A stretch of 64,000 nt of DNA from Acidimicrobiia bacterium (GCA_040881685.1 JBBECS010000054.1:26953-90952); one strand, 5' to 3'. Counted from the stretch's first letter, positions 35,544-44,471 are shown. Notes: generated from the sequence alone by a model not told the origin. Translations and numbers: made by a program.

Positions 35544-36213
35544 GGCGACACGACCGATCGTCATCTTCGGAGCGACGAGCCAAGCCCGGCTGGCCGCCCA
35601 CTTCTTCGCGACCGACAGTCACCGCGAGCCCGTCGCCTTCACCGTCGATGGGGCCTACCTCGACGAACCGGAGTTCAACGGCCTGCCTGTCGTCGCCTTC
35701 GAAGAGGTCATCGATCGCTACCCACCCGACGACTACGACATGTTCGTCGCGCTGGGCTACACGGACATGAACCGCCTACGAGCGTCTAAGTACGAGGCGG
35801 CAAGGGAGAAGGGCTACCGGCTCCCGAGCTACGTCAGCTCCCGCTGTACCTACCTCAGCCAGTACGAGCCTGGCGACAACTGCCTCATCCTCGAGGACAA
35901 CACCGTCCAGCCCTACGTCCGCATCGGCAACAACGTGACGCTGTGGAGTGGCAACCACGTGGGCCACGACGTCACGATCGACGACCACGTCTTCCTGACC
36001 AGCCACGTGGTCGTGTCCGGCTTCGTCCACATCGAGTCGTACTGCTTCCTCGGCGTCAACGCCACGCTGCGCGACGACATCACGATCGCCGAGGCGACGC
36101 TCGTCGGCGCGGGTGCGGTGATCATGTCCGACACCGAACCCGCAGGCGTCTACATGCCACCCCGGACCACGAAGCTCGACAAGGCCAGCTACGAGCTCAA
36201 GATCTCTGGCTGA
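35533..36213 (+). CDS. NeuD/PglD-family sugar N-acetyltransferase (left-handed beta-helix, hexapeptide repeats)
   Basis: The N-terminal Rossmann-like part is PIVIFGATSQARLAAHFF...VAFTVDG. Hexapeptide repeats follow: IGNNVTLWSGNHVGHDVTIDDHVFLTSHVVVSGFVHIESYCFLGVNATL. TTG 35533 lies 3 nt after GGGAGGA and overlaps the WbqC 3' end by 11 nt. Confidence 0.8.
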   Translation: MSTEATRPIVIFGATSQARLAAHFFATDSHREPVAFTVDGAYLDEPEFNGLPVVAFEEVIDRYPPDDYDMFVALGYTDMNRLRASKYEAAREKGYRLPSYVSSRCTYLSQYEPGDNCLILEDNTVQPYVRIGNNVTLWSGNHVGHDVTIDDHVFLTSHVVVSGFVHIESYCFLGVNATLRDDITIAEATLVGAGAVIMSDTEPAGVYMPPRTTKLDKASYELKISG

Positions 36214-36214
36214 G

Positions 36215-37141
36215 GTGACCCAACGCTGGCGCAAGTGCGGCTTGGTGTTTTGCCCGGCGGGCGAACGCGACTGGCTCGCGGGCTACGCCGCAGTCCCGTT
36301 CATCGACTGGATCGACAGGCACCGCTGCTACGTCTTCTTCTCGAGCCGGGCCGGCGACAACCGCTCCTACACGGGCCGACTCGTGCTCGACATGCGCGAG
36401 CCCCGACGACCCGTCGAGATCGACCTCGACCCCGTGATGAGCCCCGGCGACCCCGGGTTCTTCGACGCCGACGGGGCCATGGGCACCGAACTGATCAGGG
36501 TCGGTGAGCGCCGCTACCTGTACTACATCGGATGGAACCGGGCTCACGTCGTCGCGTTCCGCAACGCGGTCGGCCTGGCGATCTCCGACGGCGGCGGCTC
36601 TTACGCCAAGTACTCCGACGGACCCCTGCTGGACCGCAGCATCAACGACCCGTGCTTCGTGGCGAGCAACTGCGTGCGGCCATGGGAGAACGGCTTTCGC
36701 ATGTGGTACCTCTCGTGCAAGCGCTGGGTTCGCAGACCAGACGGGACGTACCAACACCACTACAACATCGCCGTTGCAGATTCCCCTGACGGGATCGCGT
36801 GGTCGCCCACGGGCCGGACCGCGATCGACTTCGAGCACGACGGCGAGTACGCCATCAGCGTGCCGAGGGTCCTCGAGCGCGATGGCGCGTATTCCATGTG
36901 GTACTCGTACCGAGCCGGACCGTTCGGCGACACGTACCGCATCGGCTACGCAGAGTCGACCGACGGCGAGAAGTGGATTCGCCAGGACCGCGAAGTCGAC
37001 CTACCGCCGAGCACCGACGGTTGGGATTCCGAGATGGTCTGCTACCCCTATGTCTTTCCCTATGAGGGCCGACTCTGGCTGCTCTACAATGGCAACGGGT
37101 ATGGCGCCACGGGGTTCGGCTTGGCCGTGCTCGACGACTGA
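36215..37141 (+). CDS. Glycoside-hydrolase-like five-bladed beta-propeller protein (GH32/43/130-like), paralogue 1
   Basis: Repeated blade motifs: LYYIGWN...GLAISDGG...FRMWYLS...IAVADSPDGIAW...YSMWYSY...YRIGYAESTDGEKW...LWLLYNGNGYGATGFGLAV. GTG 36215 lies 1 nt after the acetyltransferase stop. Confidence 0.6.
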   Translation: MTQRWRKCGLVFCPAGERDWLAGYAAVPFIDWIDRHRCYVFFSSRAGDNRSYTGRLVLDMREPRRPVEIDLDPVMSPGDPGFFDADGAMGTELIRVGERRYLYYIGWNRAHVVAFRNAVGLAISDGGGSYAKYSDGPLLDRSINDPCFVASNCVRPWENGFRMWYLSCKRWVRRPDGTYQHHYNIAVADSPDGIAWSPTGRTAIDFEHDGEYAISVPRVLERDGAYSMWYSYRAGPFGDTYRIGYAESTDGEKWIRQDREVDLPPSTDGWDSEMVCYPYVFPYEGRLWLLYNGNGYGATGFGLAVLDD

Positions 37142-37252
37142 CCATCAGCCGCGAGGGTCGCTCGTGGTTGCCCCTGACGACTTGCTCGTCGCGTGGAGGT
37201 CAGCGGCATCGATCCACGTACTCGTACATCCTCTGAGGGTAGGTGCCACCTC

Positions 37253-38095
37253 GTGTCCGAGTTAGCCAGATTGCGGGCGGCAGGGTGGACCGTGCCTGCC
37301 GGCGACTCAACGGGAGTCCGACGGGTGGGAGAGTGCGCTGTCTCGTACCCGAGCGAGGGTCTCGCCGCACTTGGCCTTGACGGTGGCCAAGGCCTCTGGT
37401 TCGACCACCGAGCCGACCAGGTGGCTGAGGTGCTGAGACGCCGACGGGTCGGGGCGATCTGGGACGTCGGGGCGGGTGCTGGTTCGATGTGTCGCAGACT
37501 TGCCGCCCGAGGCATCGAGGTGGTCGCCGTGGAACCACTGCCACTTGGTGCAAAGGCCATCGCGGCGCAAGGCATCGAGGTGTTCGGCGGCACGCTCGAG
37601 CAGCTCACGTTGCCCGACGGCTCACTTGGGGCAGTCGGGCTCTTCGACGTCATCGAGCACGTCGCAGACTCGCGCCCGCTGCTCGACGAGGTCCACCGTG
37701 TCCTTGCTCCGGGGGGAGTGCTGGTCGTGACTGTTCCAGCCTTCAACTGGCTGTGGAGTGACGAGGACACTGTGGGCGGACATCATCGTCGGTACCGGCG
37801 AGGGAACCTCGATGCCGACGTTGGCGCGCGCGGTTTCGTACGTAGAGACACGAGATACATCTTCGCAGCGCTCGTTCCGGTTGCTGCGGTGTTGCGCGCA
37901 CTGCCGTACCGCCTCGGCCGACGACGATCGACGACTGAGATGCTGTCTTTGGTCCCCAATCAGCTCGCTCCGTCGCCCGGTGTCGACCGGTTTGCGCGAG
38001 CCGTCCTAGCGACCGAGCGGTGGATTGCCTCTCTCGTGCCACTTCCGTTCGGGCTCAGCGTGCTCGGTGTGTATGAGCGACGGGCTGATGAGTAG
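37253..38095 (+). CDS. Class I SAM-dependent methyltransferase
   Basis: IWDVGAGAGSMCRRLAARGIEVVAVEP (motif I), VGLFDVIEHV, LAPGGVLVVTVP. Start at GTG 37253 or the track start 37193. Confidence 0.75.
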   Translation: MSELARLRAAGWTVPAGDSTGVRRVGECAVSYPSEGLAALGLDGGQGLWFDHRADQVAEVLRRRRVGAIWDVGAGAGSMCRRLAARGIEVVAVEPLPLGAKAIAAQGIEVFGGTLEQLTLPDGSLGAVGLFDVIEHVADSRPLLDEVHRVLAPGGVLVVTVPAFNWLWSDEDTVGGHHRRYRRGNLDADVGARGFVRRDTRYIFAALVPVAAVLRALPYRLGRRRSTTEMLSLVPNQLAPSPGVDRFARAVLATERWIASLVPLPFGLSVLGVYERRADE

Positions 38096-38200
38096 TCGCC
38101 AGGAACGGTCGGAGTTGGCTGGAGCGCCGGCGGCTCCTACAGCCGTTCTGCCTTCACTTCTCCTGCGTGCTCGCAAGCCGCTGCGCCAACCGGCCGCCGT

Positions 38201-39139
38201 TCAGCCCGAGGGGACGAAGCGGGCCAGACCGAGCCCATCGCGGCCGTAGCTGTTGCCGCAGTAGAGCATCCACAGGTCCTCACCCCGCTCGAACACGTGC
38301 GGGTAGCACTGCTCCGCCGCATCCCACTCTTGTCGCGGTCCCAGACAGAAGAGGTCATCGCATCGCGTCCAGGCCGCACCGTCAAACGACACGGCGTACC
38401 CGATCCGGTAGCGGTCGCCCCGCGTGCAGTACCACATGTGGTACGCGCCGCTTCGCACGATGACCGATGGTCGAGAGATGCTGTGTTCCCCCAACTCCTG
38501 CGCATCGATGCACACGATGTCATCGCGAACCCACCGCAGGCCGTCGTCCGAGGTTGCCAGCTTGATCACATAGCGGTGCTTCGGTTCGTCTGCGCTGTGG
38601 CCCCAACCTCGGAACGTCGTGTACCACATCAGCCAGCGGTCGGCTTCTGCTCGAACGAAGCACGAACCCATCGAGAGGTAGTCCGCGTCGGTCCGCTCGA
38701 GGATCGGCGCCCGCGAGACTCGCTCGAACCGTCCCGCCTCACCGAGCCGGGCGAGCCCGATGTGGTTCTGGAAGGGCGTCAGCACCGTCGGCATCCAGCC
38801 GGTGTAGTAGAGGCGGGTCTCCCCGCTCGCAGTCACCACACACGGATAGGACACACCGTTCTCGTCGAAGGCACCGAGGTCACCGAGACCGAGGACGGGC
38901 TGCTCCTCGACCTCGAGCCGCCGCGTCGGGTGGTCGAGGTCGAGGACGCCGCGTCCGATGAGCGATCGGTTGTCGGCATCGCGTCCGGTGACGAGCACCT
39001 CGACTCGAGGGGACGTGGCATCAGCGGGGATCGCACAGGCGGCGCCGGTGAACCCGTGCATCCAGGGGATCGAGCCGTCGGCGAGGGCGATGCGGTCAAA
39101 AGCCTCCCAGCGCCCACGCAGCGGTTCGGGACCCGTCAA
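38201..39139 (-). CDS. Glycoside-hydrolase-like five-bladed beta-propeller protein, paralogue 2
   Basis: Same blade pattern as 36215-37141: LYYTGWM...GLARLGEAG...WLMWYTT...IKLATSDDGLRW...YHMWYCT...YRIGYAVSFDGAAW...LWMLYCGNSYGRDGLGLA. TTG 39139 overlaps the PhyH stop (TTGA). Confidence 0.6.
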   Translation of the reverse strand: MTGPEPLRGRWEAFDRIALADGSIPWMHGFTGAACAIPADATSPRVEVLVTGRDADNRSLIGRGVLDLDHPTRRLEVEEQPVLGLGDLGAFDENGVSYPCVVTASGETRLYYTGWMPTVLTPFQNHIGLARLGEAGRFERVSRAPILERTDADYLSMGSCFVRAEADRWLMWYTTFRGWGHSADEPKHRYVIKLATSDDGLRWVRDDIVCIDAQELGEHSISRPSVIVRSGAYHMWYCTRGDRYRIGYAVSFDGAAWTRCDDLFCLGPRQEWDAAEQCYPHVFERGEDLWMLYCGNSYGRDGLGLARFVPSG

Positions 39140-39930
39140 CCCTGTCCGGCTTTGTACAGGCGCTGCTCGGGGGGACGGTAGAACTCGTCCATCGCCGACG
39201 GAACCCGGACATCGAAGCCGAGCACCCGACGCAACCGGTCGCTCGCTCCATCGAGCAGCGCGGGGTCGATCAGACGTGGGAAGTCGTACCGCGGCTTCAT
39301 GAATGAGCGGCAGCCATAGACCGTCAGGCCCGAACGGTCGCGGTCAGTCGAGTTCACGCCTCCCGCGTGCCAGACGCGGGGGCTGAAGAACACCGCGTCA
39401 CCCGCTTGCCGGCAGACCCGCACGGCACCGGCATAGAACTCGTCTTCGTTCGGTCGTTCGGGGCTGGTCACATGAGAACGAGGCAGGTAGTAGGTGGCAC
39501 CGTTCTCGTTGGTGAACTCGTCCAGCGCGATGGTGATCACTGCGCCAAGGGGATAGCCGGGGGAGAGGCGGTGGGTGTCGGTGTGGATCTTCGCCGTGTA
39601 CTGGTCGAGGTGCGCGATGGCCACCGTCGACGTGAACGAGTAGAGAGTCCAGAACTCACCGAGGATTGCCCCGAAGAGCCGGTCGATGACGTCGTTCTCG
39701 AGCAGCCGGAAGAACGGCCCGCCGTAGTGGGCCAGGTCGAGGGCGATGAACCGCTCCTTGCCTGGCAGGTGGCGATAGCGGTCCCAGTCGGCGTCCAGTG
39801 CGGTCGTCACCGCGTCGCGGAGCTCGGTGATCTCCGGTTCGGCCACGACCCCGGGTACAAGGGAGTAGCCCTGCCGCTCGAAGTCGGCGCAATGGCGCTC
39901 CACGTCGAGATCCAGGGCGACCTCAGCCAT
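39136..39930 (-). CDS. Phytanoyl-CoA dioxygenase (PhyH) family Fe(II)/2-oxoglutarate oxygenase
   Basis: FERQGYSLVPGV, KIHTDTH (the H-x-D iron ligands), FFSPRVWHAGGVN (distal His), RSGLTV. ATG 39930 lies 8 nt after GGAAGGAG. Confidence 0.8.
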   Translation of the reverse strand: MAEVALDLDVERHCADFERQGYSLVPGVVAEPEITELRDAVTTALDADWDRYRHLPGKERFIALDLAHYGGPFFRLLENDVIDRLFGAILGEFWTLYSFTSTVAIAHLDQYTAKIHTDTHRLSPGYPLGAVITIALDEFTNENGATYYLPRSHVTSPERPNEDEFYAGAVRVCRQAGDAVFFSPRVWHAGGVNSTDRDRSGLTVYGCRSFMKPRYDFPRLIDPALLDGASDRLRRVLGFDVRVPSAMDEFYRPPEQRLYKAGQG

Positions 39931-40109
39931 CACACTGCTCCTTCCGATGGTGGACAGGCATCCTAGGGTGTCGTGGTTGCCCTCGCGGGCGTGAACGACA
40001 GCTTGATGGACGCCAGGGGAGGCGGATTGATGGTGTCCTGGGGCCAGGCGGGAATGAAGGGTCGCGAGTTTCCGCCGAGCGACGTGTTCGGCCCGCTGTC
40101 GACCCGACG

Positions 40110-41489
40110 ATGAGCGCCGCACCGTGGTTGCTCCGCCGACCCGCGGTCGATACGGAGACCAACCGCTGCCCGTGGGTTGAGGGATGGTGCTCGACAACGA
40201 GCGCGACCGCGGGCGAAACGGTGACGCTGCACGTCAGCGCTGACCCGCCGTCGCAGGTACTGGTCGAGGTCTTCCGGTCCGGCTACGAAGGTGGGGCCGG
40301 AGGCCGGCAGGTGGCGGAGTTCGGTCCTCTCCACGCGACGACACAGCCATTCCCACCGGTTGGTCCTGAACGGCTCCGGGTCTGTGCGTGGGAACCGACC
40401 GTCGAGTTCACGATCCCCGCCGACTGGCGCAGTGGTGTGCATCTCATCCGGCTCACTGCGCTGGACACCGGGATCGACAGCTATGCCATCTTCATCGTCA
40501 CCGATCGGCGATCTGCCGATCTGATCGTCCAGTGCTCCGACCTGACGTGGCAGGCCTACAACGGGTGGCCCGGGCATTCCTCGCTCTATGACGACGGCCA
40601 CCGGCGGTGGTCCTTCGGACGGGACGTGTGCGTGGCATTCGATCGGCCCTACGGGAAGTACTGGCAGATCGTGGATGCCCCGCTCTCGTGCGGCTCGGGC
40701 GAGTGGCTCCTGTGGGAGTACCCGATGGCCTACTGGCTCGAGGAGGAGGGCTACGACGTCACCTATGTGTCGAACATCGACGTTCACGACGGCAGCGCCG
40801 CGCTTGGCCGAGCGCCGGCGTTTCTCTCGGTCGGCCACGACGAGTACTACACGAAGTCGATGTTCGAGCAGCTGTCGGACGCAGTCGTCACGGGAACGAG
40901 CATCGGATTCTTCGGTGCGAACACGTGCTCGGCCCTCGTCGGCCTCGACGCGGCGTCGAACCGACCCAACAGGGCCATGCGGCGCCTGGATCGGTTCGGC
41001 CCTCCGCGGCCGATCGATGACGAGCTGTTTCCAGAGCTTCGCGATCTGCCGGGTGCGATGCCGTCAGAGAGCCTGCTGATCGGTGCCCGTACCTCCGATC
41101 CCGCCACCGGCCGGGGCGACTGGATCTGTACGGCACCCGATCACTGGGTGTACGAAGGCACCGGGATGCAACGAGGTGACGCGGTACCCGGCTTGGTCGG
41201 GTGGGAGTACCACGGCGATCCCGCCGAGATCGAGGGCCTCGAGGTGGTGTCGGAGGGTCCGACCACTCACCCACGCGGGGCGGGTCGCTACACCGCGACC
41301 GTCTACGAAGGTCCGAGCGGCACCACCGTGTTCAACGCTGCGACAATCTGGTGGGCAGACGGCTTGGCGGAGCCGCCCGGCTATGTGCGTCCCAACCAGT
41401 TCACGACGCTCGCCGGCACCGACGCCCGGGTTCAGCGGATCACCCGCAACGTCGTCGACCGACTGATCGAGACGGGTGCACGCCGTTGA
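40110..41489 (+). CDS. N,N-dimethylformamidase beta-subunit-like family protein
   Basis: GWCSTTSATAGETVTLHVSA...VEVFRSGY...YAIFIVTDRRSADLIVQCSDLTWQAYNGWPGHSSLY...FLSVGHDEYYT. This pattern matches what I recall of the DMFase large-subunit-like family (N-terminal sandwich domain plus a glutamine-amidotransferase-like domain). From memory only. Confidence 0.5.
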   Translation: MSAAPWLLRRPAVDTETNRCPWVEGWCSTTSATAGETVTLHVSADPPSQVLVEVFRSGYEGGAGGRQVAEFGPLHATTQPFPPVGPERLRVCAWEPTVEFTIPADWRSGVHLIRLTALDTGIDSYAIFIVTDRRSADLIVQCSDLTWQAYNGWPGHSSLYDDGHRRWSFGRDVCVAFDRPYGKYWQIVDAPLSCGSGEWLLWEYPMAYWLEEEGYDVTYVSNIDVHDGSAALGRAPAFLSVGHDEYYTKSMFEQLSDAVVTGTSIGFFGANTCSALVGLDAASNRPNRAMRRLDRFGPPRPIDDELFPELRDLPGAMPSESLLIGARTSDPATGRGDWICTAPDHWVYEGTGMQRGDAVPGLVGWEYHGDPAEIEGLEVVSEGPTTHPRGAGRYTATVYEGPSGTTVFNAATIWWADGLAEPPGYVRPNQFTTLAGTDARVQRITRNVVDRLIETGARR

Positions 41490-41493
41490 CGCC

Positions 41494-41859
41494 TCAATTT
41501 CCCTGCGCCACGACCACCAGCCCGCCGCACACGATCAACAGTCCGACGATCTTGTAGGCGTTGATCGTCTCCCCGAACGCCACGAACGCGAGAGCGACGA
41601 CCAACACGAAGTTCAGGGCCATGAACGGATAGGCGAAGCTCAGCTCGAACTTTGTCAGGGTCGCGAGCCAACAGAGCGACGCCATGAAGGCGGCGGCGAA
41701 CCCCGACAGCACCAAGGGCCGCGTGAAGATGAACTCGATGAGGAAGCGAAAGAGAGCGGACCCGCTCGGCACCTCGTCGATCTGTCCCACCTGCTGACGG
41801 ATGATCAACTGGCCGTAGACGGTGAACGCGATCGTGCCGGCCAGAAAGACGAACCCCAT
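41494..41859 (-). CDS. Small four-TM SMR/EamA-type membrane protein (ArnE/ArnF-like candidate lipid-linked sugar flippase subunit)
   Basis: 121 aa with four hydrophobic helices. The C-terminal FGETINAYKIVGLLIVCGGLVVVA is typical of SMR/EamA half-transporters. ATG 41859 follows GAGAGGA. Confidence 0.6.
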   Translation of the reverse strand: MGFVFLAGTIAFTVYGQLIIRQQVGQIDEVPSGSALFRFLIEFIFTRPLVLSGFAAAFMASLCWLATLTKFELSFAYPFMALNFVLVVALAFVAFGETINAYKIVGLLIVCGGLVVVAQGN

Positions 41860-42170
41860 TGGCACACGTCCTCTCGTCGTCCTCGTTTTTCCGATCTCCT
41901 TCACGTCCCCCCTGAGGCAATCGATCCGCTCGCGGGAGCAGCTGCCGTCACCATACTGAGATCGACTGCCGACGTCGCGCGTCCCTCGCCGCGCCGCGGC
42001 GAGAGCGATCAGCTCCTGCTCGAGCCGGCCCCGAGCGCTCGCATCGCGCAACAGCCGCAGCGCACCACTCGAGGATCTCCGCTTCGCGTCCCGCTCCGAG
42101 GAGAGCTCCCGGCGTGCTCGTCGCAGCACCCACCGACGCCGGGGCTACGAGCGTGCGCGAGGCTGGACGG

Positions 42171-43595
42171 ATGGCCGACGTCCAGATGCTGCCCATCGGG
42201 TCCGAACGGGTGACGACCGGCGACGAGATCGTGGTGGCGTCGCCGTTCGACGGGCACGAGATCGGGCGGGTGCCGAAATGTGGTCGGGCCGAGGTCGATC
42301 GGGCCGTCGCGGCCGCCACGGCGGCCCGAACCGAGTCACCGCTCCCCCAGTGGCGACGAGCCGAGATCCTCGACACCGCGGCGCGGCTGCTCGGCGAGCG
42401 CACCGAGGAGTTCGCCCGCACGATCGCCGAAGAAGCGGCCAAGCCGATCAAGACGGCGCGGGTCGAAGCCAAGCGCGCGGTGTCGACGTTTACGTTCGCC
42501 GCGGCAGCCGCGCGTGACCTCGCGGGAGAGATGATCCCGATGGACAGCGCCGACGTCGGCGAAGGCAAGCTCGCCTTCACACTCCGCGTGCCGATCGGTG
42601 TGGTTGGCGCCATCAGTCCGTTCAACTTCCCACTCAACCTTGTGGCCCACAAGGTCGCGCCGGCGATCGCCGCGGGTTGCCCGGTCGTGCTCAAGCCAGC
42701 GTCGCAGACGCCCTTCTCCGCGATCGCTCTCTCCGAGCTGCTCCTCGATGAATGCGGGCTCCCCGCCGGGCACCTGAACGTGGTGACGGGTGGGGGTGGC
42801 ACGGTCGGCAACGCGATCGTCGACCATGACGACATCGCGATGATCACGTTCACCGGTTCGCCCGAGGTGGGCTGGGGCATCAAGGCGCAGGCACCTCGCA
42901 AGAAGGTCGGCCTCGAGCTCGGCAACAACGCACCGGTGATCCTCGAGGGCGACGCCGACTACGAGATCGCGGCCAAGAAGATCTCCGTCGCGGGGTTCAG
43001 CCATGCGGGTCAGTCGTGCATCTCCACCCAGCGCGTGCTCGTGCACCAGTCGATCGCCGACAAATTCGTCGCCGAGTTGCTCCCGCTCGTGGAGGCCCTG
43101 AAGGTCGGTGATCCGCTCGACGACGCGACCGATGTCTCGGCGCTGATCTCAGGCGCCGAGCGCGACCGGGTGAAGGCATGGGTCGACGAGGCGATCGCGA
43201 CGGGAGCAGAGGTCGCCATCGGGGGCGACGTGCACGATGGCGTGATGCTTCCCACCGTCCTCACCAACGTGCAGCCCGACATGAAGGTGTGCGCACTGGA
43301 GGTGTTCGGTCCGGTGATCGGCGTGCAGACCTACCGTGACGTCGACGAAGCCATACGCCTCGCCAATGACACCCGCTACGGCCTCCACGCGGCGATCTTC
43401 ACGAACGATCTTCCAACCGCCCTTCGCGCCGCGCGCGGTCTCGACTTCGGCGGTGTGCTCGTGAACGAGGTCCCCACGTTCCGCGCCGACCAGATGCCGT
43501 ACGGCGGCCTGCGCGACAGCGGGAACACCCGTGAGGGGCCGCGCTACGCGGTCGAGGAGATGACCGAGCCCCGCCTGATCATCGTGCAGGGCTGA
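42171..43595 (+). CDS. NAD(P)+-dependent aldehyde dehydrogenase
   Basis: VGAISPFNFPLNL, VLKPASQTP, LELGNNAPVIL (catalytic Glu), GFSHAGQSCISTQRVLVH (catalytic Cys). Confidence 0.9.
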   Translation: MADVQMLPIGSERVTTGDEIVVASPFDGHEIGRVPKCGRAEVDRAVAAATAARTESPLPQWRRAEILDTAARLLGERTEEFARTIAEEAAKPIKTARVEAKRAVSTFTFAAAAARDLAGEMIPMDSADVGEGKLAFTLRVPIGVVGAISPFNFPLNLVAHKVAPAIAAGCPVVLKPASQTPFSAIALSELLLDECGLPAGHLNVVTGGGGTVGNAIVDHDDIAMITFTGSPEVGWGIKAQAPRKKVGLELGNNAPVILEGDADYEIAAKKISVAGFSHAGQSCISTQRVLVHQSIADKFVAELLPLVEALKVGDPLDDATDVSALISGAERDRVKAWVDEAIATGAEVAIGGDVHDGVMLPTVLTNVQPDMKVCALEVFGPVIGVQTYRDVDEAIRLANDTRYGLHAAIFTNDLPTALRAARGLDFGGVLVNEVPTFRADQMPYGGLRDSGNTREGPRYAVEEMTEPRLIIVQG

Positions 43596-43597
43596 GC

Positions 43598-44419
43598 ATG
43601 GATCTCCGGGGCAAGGCGGCGTTGGTCACGGGCGGGGCGTCCGGCATCGGGAAGGCAACGGCCGAGCGGCTCGCTGGAGAGGGGATGCGCGTCTGCGTCG
43701 TCGACCTCTCCGATGAGGCTGGCGGTGCCGTCGCTGCGAGCGTCGACGGCACCTTCGTGCGCGCCGACGTCGGCGATGCTGCGCAGACCGATGCCGCGTT
43801 CGCGCATTGCGTCGAAGCCTTCGGCTCCGTTGACGTCGCGTTCCTCAACGCCGGCATCGCGATCGGGCATGCCGACCTCGCGGAGATCGATGACGACCTG
43901 TACCGGACGATCATGCGCGTCAACGTCGACGGTGTGTTCTTCGGTGCCCGCGCCGCGGTGCGAGAGATGTCGGCACAGGGAGGCGGCGCGATCGTCGCGA
44001 CGGCTTCGCTGGCCGGACTCATCCCGTTCCCACCCGATCCGGTGTACGTGCTCACGAAGCACGCGGTCGTCGGGCTCATCCGGTCGATCGCACCCACCGT
44101 CGCGCCCCTGGGCATCACCGCCAACTGCGTGAACCCCGGCTTCACCGATACAAACATCATCAACGACGAGATCAAGGGGATCGTCGCCGACCTCGGGTTC
44201 CCCCTCATCCCGCCCGCGCAGATCGCCGACGCGGTGGTGCACGCGATCACCTGCGGCGAGACCGGTCGCTGCTGGGTCTGCCAGCCGGGGCGCGAGCCGA
44301 TCGCGTATGGCTTCCGTGACGTCCCGGGGCCGCGCACCCCCGGGGCAGAAGGTCGCCGACCGCCTGAAGTCCTCGGTCACGCAGCGTCACCCGGTACGCC
44401 GAGGAACAGTGAGGGGTGA
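43598..44419 (+). CDS. Short-chain dehydrogenase/reductase (SDR)
   Basis: KAALVTGGASGIGKA (TGxxxGxG), FLNAGIA, YVLTKHAVVGL (YxxxK). Confidence 0.85.
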   Translation: MDLRGKAALVTGGASGIGKATAERLAGEGMRVCVVDLSDEAGGAVAASVDGTFVRADVGDAAQTDAAFAHCVEAFGSVDVAFLNAGIAIGHADLAEIDDDLYRTIMRVNVDGVFFGARAAVREMSAQGGGAIVATASLAGLIPFPPDPVYVLTKHAVVGLIRSIAPTVAPLGITANCVNPGFTDTNIINDEIKGIVADLGFPLIPPAQIADAVVHAITCGETGRCWVCQPGREPIAYGFRDVPGPRTPGAEGRRPPEVLGHAASPGTPRNSEG

Positions 44420-44471
44420 GCCACCCGCGCTCCCTATCCTTAGAGGGTCACGTCCCCATCCCGGAGGCCCG

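Noticed and set aside
41860-42170. 310-bp gap at the island-core boundary, examined for a tRNA, an att site or a small gene.
   Set aside because: I saw no cloverleaf-compatible sequence, no repeat matching another part of the window, and only R/S-rich ORF fragments. It is left unannotated.
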